Source: Mobula birostris (Eukaryota). From it: a stretch of 64,000 bases of DNA. The stretch lies in assembly GCF_030028105.1 (NCBI RefSeq), contig NC_092395.1, forward strand, positions 16,088,424-16,152,423. The letters run 5' to 3'. Of the stretch, positions 1-13,264 are shown piece after piece. Every line of letters starts with the position of its first letter. Position 1 is the first letter of the stretch. The notes beneath the pieces were generated by a model. The model searched no databases, was not told where the DNA came from, and saw nothing but the letters and a program-made list of their open reading frames with translations. Both the position numbers and the translations under genes were made by a program.

Positions 1-2084
1 TTCACTGCAATGTGCTTCCCAGGAACACAGCTGCTGTGCACAGAGCAGAAATTCCTGCTGTGCCTTGATTGCCAGCAAGCAAGCACTGCATTCATATCAC
101 CCGTGCAAGTGACACTTGTGTAACCTGACGACTGACGGGATTTACAGGCCCTCGAGTGACTCCTCTGGAGCACAGCCCTGACCTCCAGTTTGCTTCACAA
201 ACACCCGCTGGGAATTAAACCGTAAAAGTGAGCGAATAGGTACAGCTGCCACTTAAAATGTGCATTTTCTCTCAGCACACCAGAAAGCTCAAGATATCAT
301 TACCGATGTGTCAGCCCTTCTCTAGAGTTTGTGGTTTTGGCAGGAGTAGAGAGACAGACTATGTGTTGGCATTCAAAAGGGCTGTTTTAACACAAAACAG
401 CTCCCGACACAACTTGAAGCCCTTCAAAACACGCAAAAACCAGGCAGGTGTGATGCTGGCTATCTGCCCAGCGACTCGGGGAAAGACATTTGATGCTCAT
501 GTAAAACACCACACCCCTTATGAATTCGCCTAACCTTACCTCTCTGTAGCCTGCACGCAACTTAGAAGGCTTTGTTTGATTAGATTCTTTCCCCCAGATA
601 TAAACAGACCAAGAATAAACATTCCTCCTGAAGCATTCACCCCCATCCCTACCCTACTATCTCCCCAGAGGCAGCTGATCCTGGTCAGGACTGCCCAGTG
701 CAGTTGTGTCTGAGGAAGGTGATGGACACAGACGCACACCACCAGCTTCAACTGCAAGGATGGCGGTTAACCCAACTGCTGGCATGAAACTTCGCCCCTC
801 GACTGACTCACTCAGTCACACACTGCGTCCACCAGATTTCTATCAGCCATACCTTTAGGTGCGTCAGCAGCACAGCTCTGAAAAAAACAAGCTTTGCTGA
901 TAAGGTTACAGGCCAGTGCCTCGAGCCTGTAGTCTGTGGCAGGTAACTGCTTTGCCACCTATGACCCGCTTCCTGTTACGGGCAATTAGCTTCTCTGAAT
1001 GAATTCCGATCTATCTCCCTGGGCCCACACATACATTCAGGAGGTGCTGCTTTTCATAAAGCAGTAAACAGCTGCTGGGTGACACTAGCAAGCTTCACTG
1101 GACTTGTTTGTCCACGTTCTTAACCAATTTTAATGAAATACATATCCTCTACGGGCTCACTCTCCTTGCATTCCACCGCAGACTGCACTAACCCCAGGTG
1201 TTAACCCTGGGGAAACTGACCCGTCTGGTAGCTACTGGGGCAAGACAACTGCTCTTCCTTCCCTTCTCTCTGAAGGAAAGGAAAACTGGCCGCGGTTCTG
1301 GCAGCAGACGTTACTGTGTGCATAAGCATGATGCCTGCTGCAGTCAAATATCTGGGTAACACTTTCCCTCAAGGTTTTTGATTTAATTATGGCCTTTACA
1401 GTGAGGGCCATGAAGGGAACTGGTTCCCATGGAAACAGCAAAGAGCCTGCACCTTCAGGAGAGGTAAGAGGGCAGGCCTGCTGTCATACACCCTTTCATC
1501 CGGTGGCCCTCCTTTGAATCAGGTTTTAACAAAGGGCTCTGTTCTAATCGAACAGAATAACAATACAGAAACAGGACCTTCGGCCCACTAAGTCAACCAT
1601 AATGGCAACTCAAACTAATCCCAACTGCCTACATATGGCCTGTATTCCTCCATTCCATGCCTGTTCATTTGCCCTTCCAAATTCCTCTTAAACATTGCTA
1701 CTGTGTCAGCTTCCATTACTTTCCCTGAGGCGGTGTTAACAATCAACTCCCTCCCACCAAGAGGACAGAGAGCCCTTGTCCATGTACACTTTACACTGCT
1801 GCTCTTGAGGCTTGCTCTAAAGCCAGGCTCCTCTCCTGGGTTGACAACTGTGGTCAGCATACCCCTGGATCACCTCCCCATTTATGGAGCTTAATCATTC
1901 ACCACCTGCACTTTAAGAACCACGAAAACATACCCGATCAAAGAAATGTATTTCACACTAAATCACTGCAATGCTATGGTGTGGTTTAACATTTTCAGTC
2001 AAAGGCTCCAGCAAAATCCTGGGGAATTGGTAACCTTGGCCTCCAAGGCACCAATGCCAGAAGCAAACTTTTTTTTTACTATAG

Positions 2085-2358
2085 GCATTGGTCTAGTGAT
2101 GTGAAGGTCACTAGTTCGAGCCTCAGCTCAGCGTGTTGTGTCCTTGAGCAAGGCACTTAACCACACATTGCTCTGCGACGACACCGGTGCCAAGCTGTAC
2201 TGGCCCTAGTGCCCTCCCCTTGGACAACATCAGTGGCATGAAGAGGGGAGACTTGCAGCATGGGCAACTGCCGGTCTTCTATACAACCTTGCCCAGGTCT
2301 GCGCCCTGGAAACCTTCCAAGACACAAATCCATGGTCTCACGAGACTAAAGATGCCTA
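2085..2358 (+). mobile_element. tRNA-derived CORE-like SINE, 5'-truncated (same family as 7952-8259)
   Basis: B-box-like gttcgagcc and CORE-like gtccttgagcaaggcacttaacc; colinear with the 7952-8259 copy. Confidence 0.75.
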
Positions 2359-2429
2359 TTTCCAGTGAGAATGAACTTGGACCTCATCATAGCTGTGCGC
2401 ACATGTTGTCACTGGGCAAAATATTGCAC

Positions 2430-2659
2430 TGTGGTAAACCATGTATATATGTTGTAACTGGGTTAACTGTCTGGACATGCCCCTCTGCTTACTGCTCCTG
2501 TGGCTCCTCCCACAGAGTCCTGTATAAAGCTGTTTCGCCTTGCCCCTACCCCTCAGTCCGGGGGCAGACACTCACTGTAGAGGTCATATTGTACAGCGAA
2601 TAAAAGCCTTTCGGTATTTTACCTAACCTCAGTCTTTTGGAGTTATTGAAGGTGCTTCA
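2430..2659 (+). mobile_element. Short solo LTR
   Basis: TG...CA termini, 5-bp TSD TGCAC (2425-2429 and 2660-2664), internal TATAAA (~2524) and AATAAA (~2599). Confidence 0.75.
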
Positions 2660-2969
2660 TGCACAGCGCAAGATTTTTGCACACACAGGTCATTACAAAT
2701 TAGAAGCAACTTTGGTGAAGAGCTTTCTAACTGGTTGCACCACCATCTGGTTTGGAGGCACCAATGCCCAGGATTGGAAAAGCTGCAGAGAACTGTAGAT
2801 TCAGACAGCTGCATCATGGGCACTAGCCTCCCTCGCATTACGAACATCTTCAAAATCCGACGCTCAAAAAGGTGAAATCCATCATTAATTGCTTAAATAA
2901 CAAGCAACAAGATCTGATCATCCAGCCAGTTATTTACTTATTTATTTTATTGCCTGCCTGAATTGCTTA

Positions 2970-5478
2970 CATAGAACATAGAATAATACAGCACAGTACA
3001 GGCCCTTAGGCCCACAATGTTGTGCTGACCCTCAAACCCTTGCCTCCCATATAACCCCCCACCTTAAATTCCTCCATATACCTGTCCAGTAGTCTCTTAA
3101 ACTTCACTAGTGTATCTGCCTCCACCACTGACTCAGGCAGTGCATTCCACGCACCAACCAGTCTCTGAGTAAAAAACCTTCCTCTAATATCCCCCTTGAA
3201 CTTCCCACCCCTTACCTTGAAGCCATGTCCTCTTGTATTGAGCAGTGGTGCCCTGGGGAAGAGGCGCCGGCTATCCACTCTATCTATTCCTCTTATTATC
3301 TTGTACACCTCTATCATGTCTCCTCTCATCCTCCTTCTCTCCAAAGAGTAAAACCCTTGCTCTCTTAATCTCTGATCATAATGCATACTTTCTAAACCAG
3401 GCAGCATCCTGGTAAGTCTCCTCTGTACCCTTTCCAATGCTTCCACATCCTTCCTATAGTGAGGTGACCAGAACTGGACACAGTACTCCAAGTGTGGCCT
3501 AACCAGAGTTTTATGGAGCTGCATCATTACATTGCGACTCTTAAACTCTATCCCTCGACTTATGAAAGCTAACACCCCATAAGCTTTCTTAACTACCCTA
3601 TCCACCTGTGAGGCAACTTTCAGGGATCTGTGGACGTGTATCCCCAGATCCCTCTGCTCCTCCACACTACCAAGTATCCTGCCATTTACTTTGTACTCTG
3701 CCTTGGAGTTTGTCCTTCCAAAGTGTACCACCTCACACTTCTCCGGGTTGAACTCCATCTGCCACTTCTCAGCCCACTTCTGCATCCTATCAATGTCTCT
3801 CTGCAATCTTCAACAATTCTCTACACTATCTACAACACCACCAACCTTTGTGTCATCTGCAAACTTGCCAACCCACCCTTCTACCCCCACATCCAGGTCG
3901 TTAATAAAAATCACGAAAAGTAGAGGTCCCAGAACAGATCCTTGTGGGACACCACTAGTTACAATCCTCCAATCTGAATGTACTCCCTCCACCACCACCC
4001 TCTGCCTTCTGCAGGCAAGCCAATTCTGAATCCACCTGGCCAGACTTCCCTGGATCCCATGCCTTCTAACTTTCTGAATAAGCCTACCGTGTGGAACCTT
4101 GTCAAATGCCTTACTAAAATCCATATAGATCACATCCACTGCACTACCCTCATCTATATGCCTGGTCACCTCCTCCAAGAACTCAATCAGGCTTGTTAGA
4201 CACGATCTGCCCTTCACAAAGCCATGCTGACTGTCCCTGATCAGACCATGATTCTCTAAATGCCTATAGATCCTATCTCTAAGAATCTTTTCCAACAGCT
4301 TTCCCACCACAGACGTAAGGCTCACTGGTCTATAATTACCCAGACTATCCCTACTACCTTTTTTGAACAAGGGGACAACATTCGCCTCCCTCCAATCCTC
4401 CGGTACTATTCCCGTGGACAACGAGGACATAAAGATACTAGCCAGAGGCTCAGCAATCTCTTCTCTCGCCTCGTGGAGCAGCCTGGGGAATATTCCGCCA
4501 GACCCCGGGGACTTATCTGTCCTAATGTATTTTAACAACTCCAACACCTCCTCTCCTTTAATATCAACATGCTCCAGAACATCAACCTCACTCATATTGT
4601 CCTCACCATCATCAAGTTCCCTCTCATTGGTGAATACCGAAGGACCTCGCTCACTTCCACAGCCTCCAGGCACATCTTCCCACCTTTATCTCTAATCGGT
4701 CCTACCTTCACTCCTGTCATCCCTTTTTTCTTCACATAATTGAAGAATGCCTTGGGGTTTTCCTTTACCCTACTTGCCAAGGCCTTCTCATGCCCCCTTC
4801 TTGCTCTTCTCAGTCCCTTCTTAAGCTCCTTTCTTGCTTCTCTATATTCCTCAATAGACCCATCTGATCCTTGCTTCCTAAACCTCATGTATGCTGCCTT
4901 CTTCCTCCTGACTAGATTTTCCACCTCACTTGTCACCCATGGTTCCTTCACCCTACCATTCTTTATCTTTCTCACCGGGACAAATTTATCCCTAACATCC
5001 CGCAAGAGATCTCTAAATATCGACCACATGTCCATAGTACATTTTCCTGCAAAAATATCATCCCAATTCACCCCCACCAGTTCTAGCCTTATAGCCTCAT
5101 AATTTGCCTTTCCCCAATTAAAAATTTTCCTGTCCTCTCTGATTCTATCCTTTTCCATGATAATGCTAAAGGCCAGGGAGCGGTGGTCACTGTCCCCCAG
5201 ATGCTCACCCACTGAGAGATCTGTGACCTGACCCGGTTCATTACCCAGTACTAGATCTAGTATGGCATTCCCCCTGGTCGGCCTGTCCACATACTGTGAC
5301 AGGAATCCATCCTGGACACACTTAACAAGCTCTGCCCCATCTAAACCCTTGGAACTAATCAGGTGCCAATCAATATTAGTGAAGTTAAAGTCACCCATGA
5401 TAACAACCCTGTTATTTTTGCACCTTTCCAAAATCTGCCTCCCAATCTGCTCCTCTGTATCTCTGCTGCTACCAACCA
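2970..5478 (-). mobile_element. CR1-clade LINE (HER1-like), 5'-truncated, young; ORF2 endonuclease C-terminus plus RT
   Basis: ORFs 4592-5479, 3810-4673 and 3006-3806 carry IMGDFN, LDLVL, SDH (APE endonuclease), [37 protein letters not shown] (RT) and LVRPHLEYCVQFWSP. 3' tail of ttctatg repeats. One frameshifting deletion (~4640) and one TGA stop (3810-3812). Confidence 0.95.
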
Positions 5479-5529
5479 ACTGAAATTAGACAATGCTAAC
5501 AAAAGCATTTTAATTTTTTTAAAATTATG

Positions 5530-5800
5530 ATATAATGCAGAATAGACCTTTCCAGACCTTTGAGCCACACTGCCCAGCAATCTCCCCCACCCCAATTTAA
5601 GAGCCCAGTCACGGGACAAATTACAATGATCAATTTACCTGCCAATCGGTACATTTTTGGGCTGGGAGGAAACCAGAGCACCCGAAGGAAACCCACATGG
5701 TTACAGAGAGAATGTAAAAACTACTTAAAGGCAGCAGCGGGAATTGAACCCAGGTCACCTGTACTCTAAAGTGTTGTGCTAACCACTACGCTACCGTGCC
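5530..5800 (-). mobile_element. HE1/V-SINE-like tRNA-derived SINE
   Basis: Minus strand: A box ggtagcgtagtggttag, B box gggttcaattcc, V-domain-like gggtttccttcgggtgctctggtttcctccca, CR1-like tail. Confidence 0.8.
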
Positions 5801-6339
5801 AGTCTCTTGTGTTTAAGAGTGGATCTACAGTGCCATGAGTCTCAGCCATCCAGTACATCATGGCTAATTATGTTATTCGTCAACTTACTCTACACCCCAG
5901 CTCCCACTTCTTGGATTTCCTGCCAATAAATTAATCTCAGCCACAATGACAGGGTACCTACGTCCCTCAAAGAACCTTAATTATTTACAAGCACCTGTGT
6001 ATAGAAACATCTTCCCAGCTCAGTTGCATAGCAGACAAACCTTATCTTGAAACAATGACCTGGGTTCTTGATTTTCCAGACAGAGGAAATTGCCACTTTT
6101 CATCTGTCAATCTTTTTCAGTCTTTTCTGTCTCAGAGACCAGCTTCTGTTTTCCTAACCAACCGAAAACTGAGGTCAACCTTGCTGAGTCGCTTATTTCC
6201 ACATACCAGTGACTCACCCTGATAGGGAATAGACTCTGAGTCAAAGAGAGGTTCCGTGTGGAGCCCACCGAGTACACTCAAGCATCAGCCACTACATTCG
6301 TATCCACTCCCCATCCCAGATTCTATCATGCTGGAGGTC

Positions 6340-6960
6340 TACACACCTCAGTGGTGTCCTATTAAACCAATTGACCTGCACATATTTGGGATGCTGGAGG
6401 AAACTAGAGCCCCTGGAAGAAACCCATCTGATTATAATAGGAATATGCACACTCCTATTATGATAGGCAGCTCTTGAGGTGAGGATTGAACCTATTCTCT
6501 GGCACCGTGAGGCAGCAGTACCAGTAGCTGTAAGTACTTTAGGGCACTGTGGAGGCTTTTATTATTTATAGAGATGCAGCATAGAATAAATACTTCCGGC
6601 CTAATGAGCCAGGCCGCCCAGCAACCCACCTATTTTAACACCAGCTTAGACACAGGACAATTTACAATGACCAATTACCCTACTAGCCAGCACGTCTCTG
6701 GACTGTGGGAAGAAACCGAAGCAGCTGTAGGAAACTGGTGTACTCACGGGGAAAATTTACAAATTCCTTACAGAGAACAGCGGAATTAAACTCCGATGCC
6801 CCAAGCTGTAATCCTGTTGTGCAAAGTTGTCTGGTTACGATAGCCTCCTCAAGTCATGACAGTGTAGCAGCTTGGGACGTCAAGAGTTCAATTCCGCTGT
6901 CTTCTGTAAGGAATTTTGTACATTTTCCCCGTGAAGGTGTGAATTTCTTCCAGGTGCTAC
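6340..6960. mobile_element. Cluster of degenerate HE1/V-SINE-like copies (6340-6520 -, 6570-6810 -, 6860-6960 +)
   Basis: Recurrent ggaggaaac..gagc.cc.ggaggaaaccca core and B-box remnants. Confidence 0.65.
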
Positions 6961-7179
6961 GCTATTGTGGCTTGAGCAGGCTATCGCAATTGGACCATTT
7001 TTCCACCTTTCTGTCGCTTATTCAACAGAAAATTAGGCTAGTTCAAGAAGTGGGTTCAGAATGCAGCTAAATGAAATCCAAACATAGCCACTGTGTCTCT
7101 GCATTCAGCGTGTCATCTAAAACTCGGACAAACTTCGAGAGGTGCAAAGTGGAGAGTGCCCTGACAGGTTGCATCACAC

Positions 7180-7665
7180 CTTATATTCCGTCTGGGTATC
7201 CTCCAGACATTGACTTTCCTAACTTAGGTTAATGCCCCACCTCCCCTTTGTACCCCATCCGTTATTTATTTATTTATTATTATGATTAATTTTTTTCTCT
7301 CTCTCCTTTTTCTCCCTCTGTCCCTCTCACTGTACTCCTTGCCCATCCTCTGGGCTTCCGCACCCCCCCCCCCCTTCTTTCTCCCTAGGCCTCCCGTCCC
7401 ATGATCCTCCATATCCCTTTTGCCAATCACCTGTCCAGCTCTCGGCTCCATCCCTCCCCCTCCTGTCTTCTCTTATCATTTCCGATCTCCTCCTCCCCCT
7501 CCCACTTTCAAATCTCTTACTATCTCTTCTTTCTGTTAGTCTTGACGAAGGGTCTCGGCCCGAAACGTAGACTGTACCTCTTCCCATAGATGCTGCCTCG
7601 CCTGCTGCGTTCACCAGCAACTCTTATGTGTGTTGCTTGAAATTCCAGCATCTGCAGATTTCCTC
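7180..7665 (+). mobile_element. Penelope-like element (PLE) 3' end / pseudo-LTR
   Basis: End of the GIY-YIG ORF (ttatattccgtctgggt), a pyrimidine-rich tract, a hammerhead motif, then gatgctgcct..cctgctgcgttcaccagca. Reverse complement of the 57652-58224 copy. Confidence 0.8.
7538..7573 (+). ncRNA. Minimal type I hammerhead ribozyme motif (C3U variant)
   Basis: AGTC-TTGACGA-A-GGGTCTCGGCCC-GAAA-CG-TA-GACT. Stem I AGTC/GACT and stem II GGG/CCC are intact; the first core base is mutated. Confidence 0.6.
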
Positions 7666-8520
7666 GAGGTTGCATCATGGTCTGGTATGTAAACGCCAAT
7701 ATCCAAGAACAGAAAAGCTTACAGAAAGTGGGGAATACAGCCCACTGCAAAGCCCTCCCCACCATAGAGTACATCTACAAGGAGCACTGCCACAAGAAAG
7801 CAGCATCTATCATCAAAGACACTCACAATCCAGGCCATGCTCTCATCTGCTGATGCCATCAGAAGCCTTGGGTCTCACACCATCAGGCTCATGAACAGCT
7901 ATTACCCTTCACTCATCAGGCTCCTAAACCAGTGTGGATAACTTCACTCACGGTGTGTTGGCACATGGCCAAGTGGTTAAGGCATCGGCCTAATGATCTG
8001 AAGGTTGCTAGTTCGCGCCTCAGCTGAGGCAGCGTGTTGTGTCCTTGAGCAAGGCACTTAACCACACATTGCTCTGCAACGACACCGGTGCCAAGCTGTA
8101 TCAGCCCTAGTGCCCTTCCCTTGGACAACATCGGTGGCATGGAGAGGGGAGACCTGCAGCATGGGCAACTGCCAGTCTTCCATACAACCTCGCCAAGGTT
8201 GTGTGGAAACCTTCCAAGGCGCAAATTCATGGTCTCACGAGACTAACAGAGCCTATATAAACTTCACTCACCACAACTCTGAACTGCTTTCAACGACATT
8301 ACAACCCAAGCTTTCAGTATTACTGATTTTACTTTTGTTTGTATTTGCATAGTTGTCGTCTTTTTCCACATTGGTTGTTTGTCAGTCTTTGTGGGCAGGT
8401 TTTCATTTATTCTCTTGTATTTCTCTATTCTACTGTGAATGTTTGTAAGAAAATGAATCTCAAGGTAGACCTGTATACAGTTTGACATATACGGACTTTG
8501 ATAATAAATTTACTTTGTCC
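7666..8520 (+). mobile_element. Rex1/Babar LINE 3' fragment interrupted by a SINE
   Basis: GCIMVWY..., aaagcagcatctatcatcaaagac, aacagctattacccttca, and a ctttga-type tail. Split by the SINE at 7952-8259. Confidence 0.75.
7952..8259 (+). mobile_element. Full-length tRNA-derived CORE-like SINE with 12-bp TSD
   Basis: A box tggccaagtgg, B-box-like gttcgcgcc, CORE-like domain. TSD aacttcactcac at 7940-7951 and 8260-8271. Confidence 0.85.
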
Positions 8521-9384
8521 TTGTTTTTGTACACAGGGCAACATGTTACCCTCTGGCTTTGGCCCTGGGGCCTGCAACAGGATTGGGTGGGGACAGCTGA
8601 GGTATAAACTCTGGATCAACTGCCACCAACTAGCTCCAAATGGGAAAACAAAACAGTTGCCGGTTCCAAACTGCGGTTTGTTCTCATCTGTCTGAATGCA
8701 TTTTGTTTCCAGCGTGATCCTGTATTGATTCTGTCAGATAACCATCAGGCAGATACTGTAATAAAAACCCAGGAGCTGTGAAGAATTAAACATTGTCGTT
8801 GAAGTTTATATTAGTCTCGGCACAGATAAGAATAGGAGTGACCTGGTGCTTTGTGCTTGAGATTTATCTCGTACCCTCCCCTCCCTCTTTGTCTGCTCAC
8901 TTACTGTTACCAATTCACTATCAATGCAAACGACTGAAACTCAGCTTGTATTTTTCAGTGTGACAAAATGAGACCTCTTTGGCATGCAAACCTCACGTCA
9001 CCTTGGGCTAATTGCATCCACATTTTTTGCTTGTCAAATAAAGCTATCCATATCAGCTTTTAACCACTGCTCATTTGCTGCATGTTCCCATCTCAGCTCG
9101 GCCGTCGCGCATGTAAGCTTTACCACACTGCTCCCCGCCCGCGACACATGTCAATACATGGCCTGGATTCTGGGCTGGATCGAGCACAACAAAAACAACC
9201 TGCGCTTGTGTAGCATCATTCAAAGAGGGAAACCGCCCCTGAAACTTCACTGGAACAGTTAACATGCAAATCCAGCACCAAGCCTTTCAGGGTGGACACC
9301 AAAAAAAAAGTTTGCAGGGGGAAGAGAGTCAAAGCTGTAGGGAAAGGCAACTCAGGAGTGTGGGATCAAATCTTCTGAAAATAA

Positions 9385-10990
9385 TCAGAATCAAATTTAG
9401 TATCACCAGCATATGTCGTGAAACTTGTTGTCTTTGTGACAGCACTACAATGCAAAACATAATAATAGAAAAATGTGAACTACAGTAAGTATATATATAA
9501 TAGTTAAATAAGTAGTGCAAAAATAGAACATAGAATAGTACAGCACAGTATCAGGCCCTTCGGCCCACAATGTTGTGCCGACCCTCAAACCCTGCCTCCC
9601 ATATAATCCCCCACCTTAAACTCCTCCATATACCTGTCTAGTAGTCTCTTAAACTTCACTAGTGTATCTGCCTCCACCACTGACTCAGGCAGTGCATTCC
9701 ACACACCAACCACTCTCTGAGTAAAAAATTTTCCTCTAATATCCCCCTTGAACTTCCCCTCTGCCTTACCTTAAAGCCATGTCCTCTTGTATTGAGCAGT
9801 GGCACCCTAGGGAAGAGGCGCTGGCTATCTACTCTATCTATTCCTCTTATTATCTTGTACACCTCTATCATGTCTCCTCTCATCCTCCTTCTCTCCAAAG
9901 AGTAAAATTCTAGCTCCCTTAATTTCTGATCATAATCCATACTCGCTAAACCAGGCAGCATCCTGGTAAATCTCCGCTGGACCCTTTCCAATGCTTCCAC
10001 ATCCCTCCTATAGTGAGGCGACAAGAACTGGACACAGTACTCCAAGTGTGCCCTAACCAGAGTTTTATAGAGCTGCATCATTACCTTGCGACTCTTAAAC
10101 TCTATCCCTCGACTTATGAAAGCTAACATCCCATAAGCTTTCTTAACTATCCTATCCACCTGTGAGGCAACTTTCAGGGATCTGTGGACATGTACCCCCA
10201 GATCCCTCTGCTCCTCCACACTACCAAGTATCCTGCCATTTACTTTGTACTCTGCCTTGGGAGTTTGTTCTTCCAAAGAGTACCACCTCTCACTTCTCCG
10301 TTGAACTCCATTTGCCACTTCTCAGCCCACTCCTGCATCGTATCAATGTCTCTCTGCAATCTTCGACAATCCTCTACACTACCACAACACCACCAACCTT
10401 TGTGTCGTCTGCAAACTTGCCAACCCCCCCTTCTACCCCCACATCCAGGTCGTTAATAAAAATCACGAAAAGTAGAGGTCCCAGAACAGATCCTTATGTG
10501 ACATCACTAGTCAGAACCCTCCAATCTGAATGTACTCCCTCCACCACGACCCTCTGCCTTTTGCCTATATAAATAAAAAAGTATGAGTTCATGCATTCAA
10601 TGCCCATTCAGAAATCGGATGACAGAGGGGAACAAGCTGTTCCTCCTTCCTGACGATAGCAATGAGAACAAGGCATAACCTAGGTAATGTTAGTCCTTAA
10701 TGATGGATGCCACCTTTTTGAGGCATCGCTCCTTGAAGATGTCCTGGACACCACGGAAGCTAGTGCCTGCGATGAAGCTTACTACGTTAGCAATTCTCTG
10801 CAGCTTATTTCAATCCTGTGCAGCAGCAACACCCATACCAGAAGCTAGTGTAGCCAGTTAGAATGCTCTCCATGGTACATCTGTAGAAAATTTGCGAGTA
10901 TAACAAAGCTCCTCAAATTCTTACTGATGTATGGCCACTGTCATGCCTTCTTTGTAGCTGCATCAATATGTTGGGTCCAGGGTGGATCCT
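9385..10990 (-). mobile_element. Rex1/Babar LINE 3' fragment split by a CR1 insertion
   Basis: aatcagaatc tail at 9385, resuming at ~10570 with ccattcagaaatcggatgacagaggggaacaagctgttcc. Confidence 0.7.
9522..10560 (-). mobile_element. CR1/HER1-like LINE, 3' ~1 kb, same subfamily as 2970-5478
   Basis: Colinear with 2970-4010. ORF 9659-10318 has LVRAHLEYCVQF and ALERVQRRFTRMLPG; same ttctatg tail. Confidence 0.95.
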
Positions 10991-11679
10991 GGCGAGAGTA
11001 CTGCCATTAATATTTTTTTTCAGATTAATTTTATGTCGTTGCACTGTACTGTTACTACAAAACAACAAATTTCACCTCATAAAAACAGTGATAATAAACC
11101 TGTTTCTGAATAAACCCAGTTGTACGTGAGACTTGATTTGGAGAAGGTGTCTATTTCATGGGGTGACAGGGCTGGAGGACATTAAAGACTCTTTAGAGGC
11201 ACAAAATGGTGAGGGGTATAAATAAGGAGAAACTTTTCCCAGAGCAGAGCTATCTAAAACTGCAGAGGCATAGCATTAAGATAAGGGGGAGCAGACTGAG
11301 AGGGAGATCTGAAGTATAACTTCTTTCATATGAGTAAAGTAGAACTGCAGAAGCTGGAAATCTGAGAACAAAATAGAAAATTACAGAAACACTCGGCTGG
11401 GCAGGTAGCATCTAGGGAAGGAGGAACAGTTCGTGCTTACTTTCTCCTTCGACACTGCCTGACACACTGAATGTTTTGCATATTTTCTGATTTATTTTTC
11501 CCACTCAGAAGGTAATTGGGATCTGGAACGAAGCGGTGGAGGAGTCAGGTCCTCCCACTGGTATCTCGACGAGCACTTGCACTGTTAGAAGGCTACAAGC
11601 CAAATGTTGGCAAAATGGGGGCTTGCTTTATTTTCAGATTATCATAGAAGGACAGTCACAGCTTTTAGTTATGCATTCA

Positions 11680-11960
11680 GAGGTATGGCACAGAATAGGC
11701 CCTTCTGCATCTTCCGGCCGTGCCATGCCAGCAACCCCCAACAACTTCGATTCAACCCTAACCTGATCACGGGAGAATCTACAATAACCCATTAACCTGC
11801 CTAGTAAGTCTTTAGATGTATGGGTTTCCAAGGAAAACCCACACATTCCTTGGGGAGGATCTACAGAGACTTCTTACTGAGGACGCTGGAACTGAACTCC
11901 GAACTCCGACGCCCTGAGCTGTAACAGCGTTGCGCTGAATCGCTACCGTGGTGCCCTGTT
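11680..11960 (-). mobile_element. HE1/V-SINE-like SINE
   Basis: Minus strand begins gggcaccacggtagcg..gcgcaacgctgttacagctcagggcgtcggagttcggagttcagttcc. Confidence 0.75.
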
Positions 11961-12240
11961 CACCTACACAGAGCCTCGCTGCCTTGACCTTCTGTTCTCC
12001 AGATTTCTATGAGCATGATTTTGGCAAGACACGCAGCAGTCACAGCACGAGCATAACAATACATGTTTGTTCAGCAAAGGAGTTACCTTTTAACTTTCTT
12101 ATAACTCAACCATTTAAAAAGTTTCCACAAAAATAACATTAAGCCTTGCTTGGCTTTCAAAAAGATTAAATTACAGCATTCCTAAACCATTCCAATAATC
12201 TATTTGGCACCTTCCCTCCACAGAAGGTAACCTGACAGAG

Positions 12241-12253
12241 AGGTCAAAGGTCA
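12241..12253 (+). promoter_or_regulatory. Perfect DR1 nuclear-receptor element
   Basis: AGGTCA-A-AGGTCA in non-repetitive intronic sequence; function untested. Confidence 0.45.
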
Positions 12254-13264
12254 CCACCCGTGCTGCACTCACAAAATGCAATAAAGCCCAGGGTCATGGT
12301 GGACAGCATGATGGAATATTATTGCTTTGGTATGACATCCCACTGACCCAGCACATATATTTTACTTTTTGAAGTTCCATTGTTTTCTGTACAAAGTAAC
12401 TTAACCCTTTTTTGTCCAGAATCCTGTGAGCGACTTGCAGTTTCTTCTGCGTGTCCTCATTGTGGGACGAACTGAGGTCGTAAAAAGAAGAGAATATAGA
12501 ACACAGTGTTGCAGCTACACAGAAAGTGCAGTGCAGGTAAACAAATAAAGTGCAAGGACCTCAGCACGGTAAATTGGGAGATCAAGAATCCATCTCTAGC
12601 ATATGAAAGGTCTGTTCAAGAGTCTGATGACAGTATGTTACAAACTGTCCCGAGTCTCATAGAGTGTGCATTCAAGTATCTTGTATCCAATATGTTGCTA
12701 TGCAACTGGTTTATGTCTTTGAGATACAGAGCTATATAGCACAGTATTCAGCCCAAATCATGCACACCAATGAAGTTGCCCGCCCAAGCCAGTCCCATTT
12801 GTGTATATTTGTCCACATCTCTTTAAACCTTTTCTATCCATGTATCTGTTCAAATGGCCTTTAAATATTGCAATTGGACCCACCTCTACTTCCTCTGCCA
12901 GCTTATCCCATATCATCTCATTACATCAAGATACAGATGTGATCAAGGCCCAATTAATTATCTTCTCTTCTGAGGCGTTGGGTGGGGTGTTGGTAGGGGC
13001 ACTCTGTGAGAACGTTCCTTGAAGGTTAGAACATCGATTGGGTTTATGGGTTGGCTGTAATCTGGAGATTATGGCCCTTGGCACATATTTGATGCCATGG
13101 CGAGGGTGTAGATGCTGCAAAGATAGGAAAGTAATTTGCCTGCTGCTTTTGCTGACAAGTGCCATATTGTGAAGACCATAAGAATATAGGAACAGGAGAA
13201 AGTCATTTTGACCCTCAAGCCACTCAATATGACAATGGCACATCTACACTACCCTCAAATTAAT

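Noticed and set aside
863-887. Possible 25-nt exon tttttttcag|AGC...AAAG|gtatgg
   Set aside because: Frame-shifting length, no similarity to TLE exon 9, no other support.
3630-5483. Several plus-strand ORFs of 70-120 aa
   Set aside because: Antisense shadows of CR1 ORF2.
5760-5800. tRNA-like A/B boxes here and in other SINE heads
   Set aside because: No cloverleaf; these are SINE heads, not tRNA genes.
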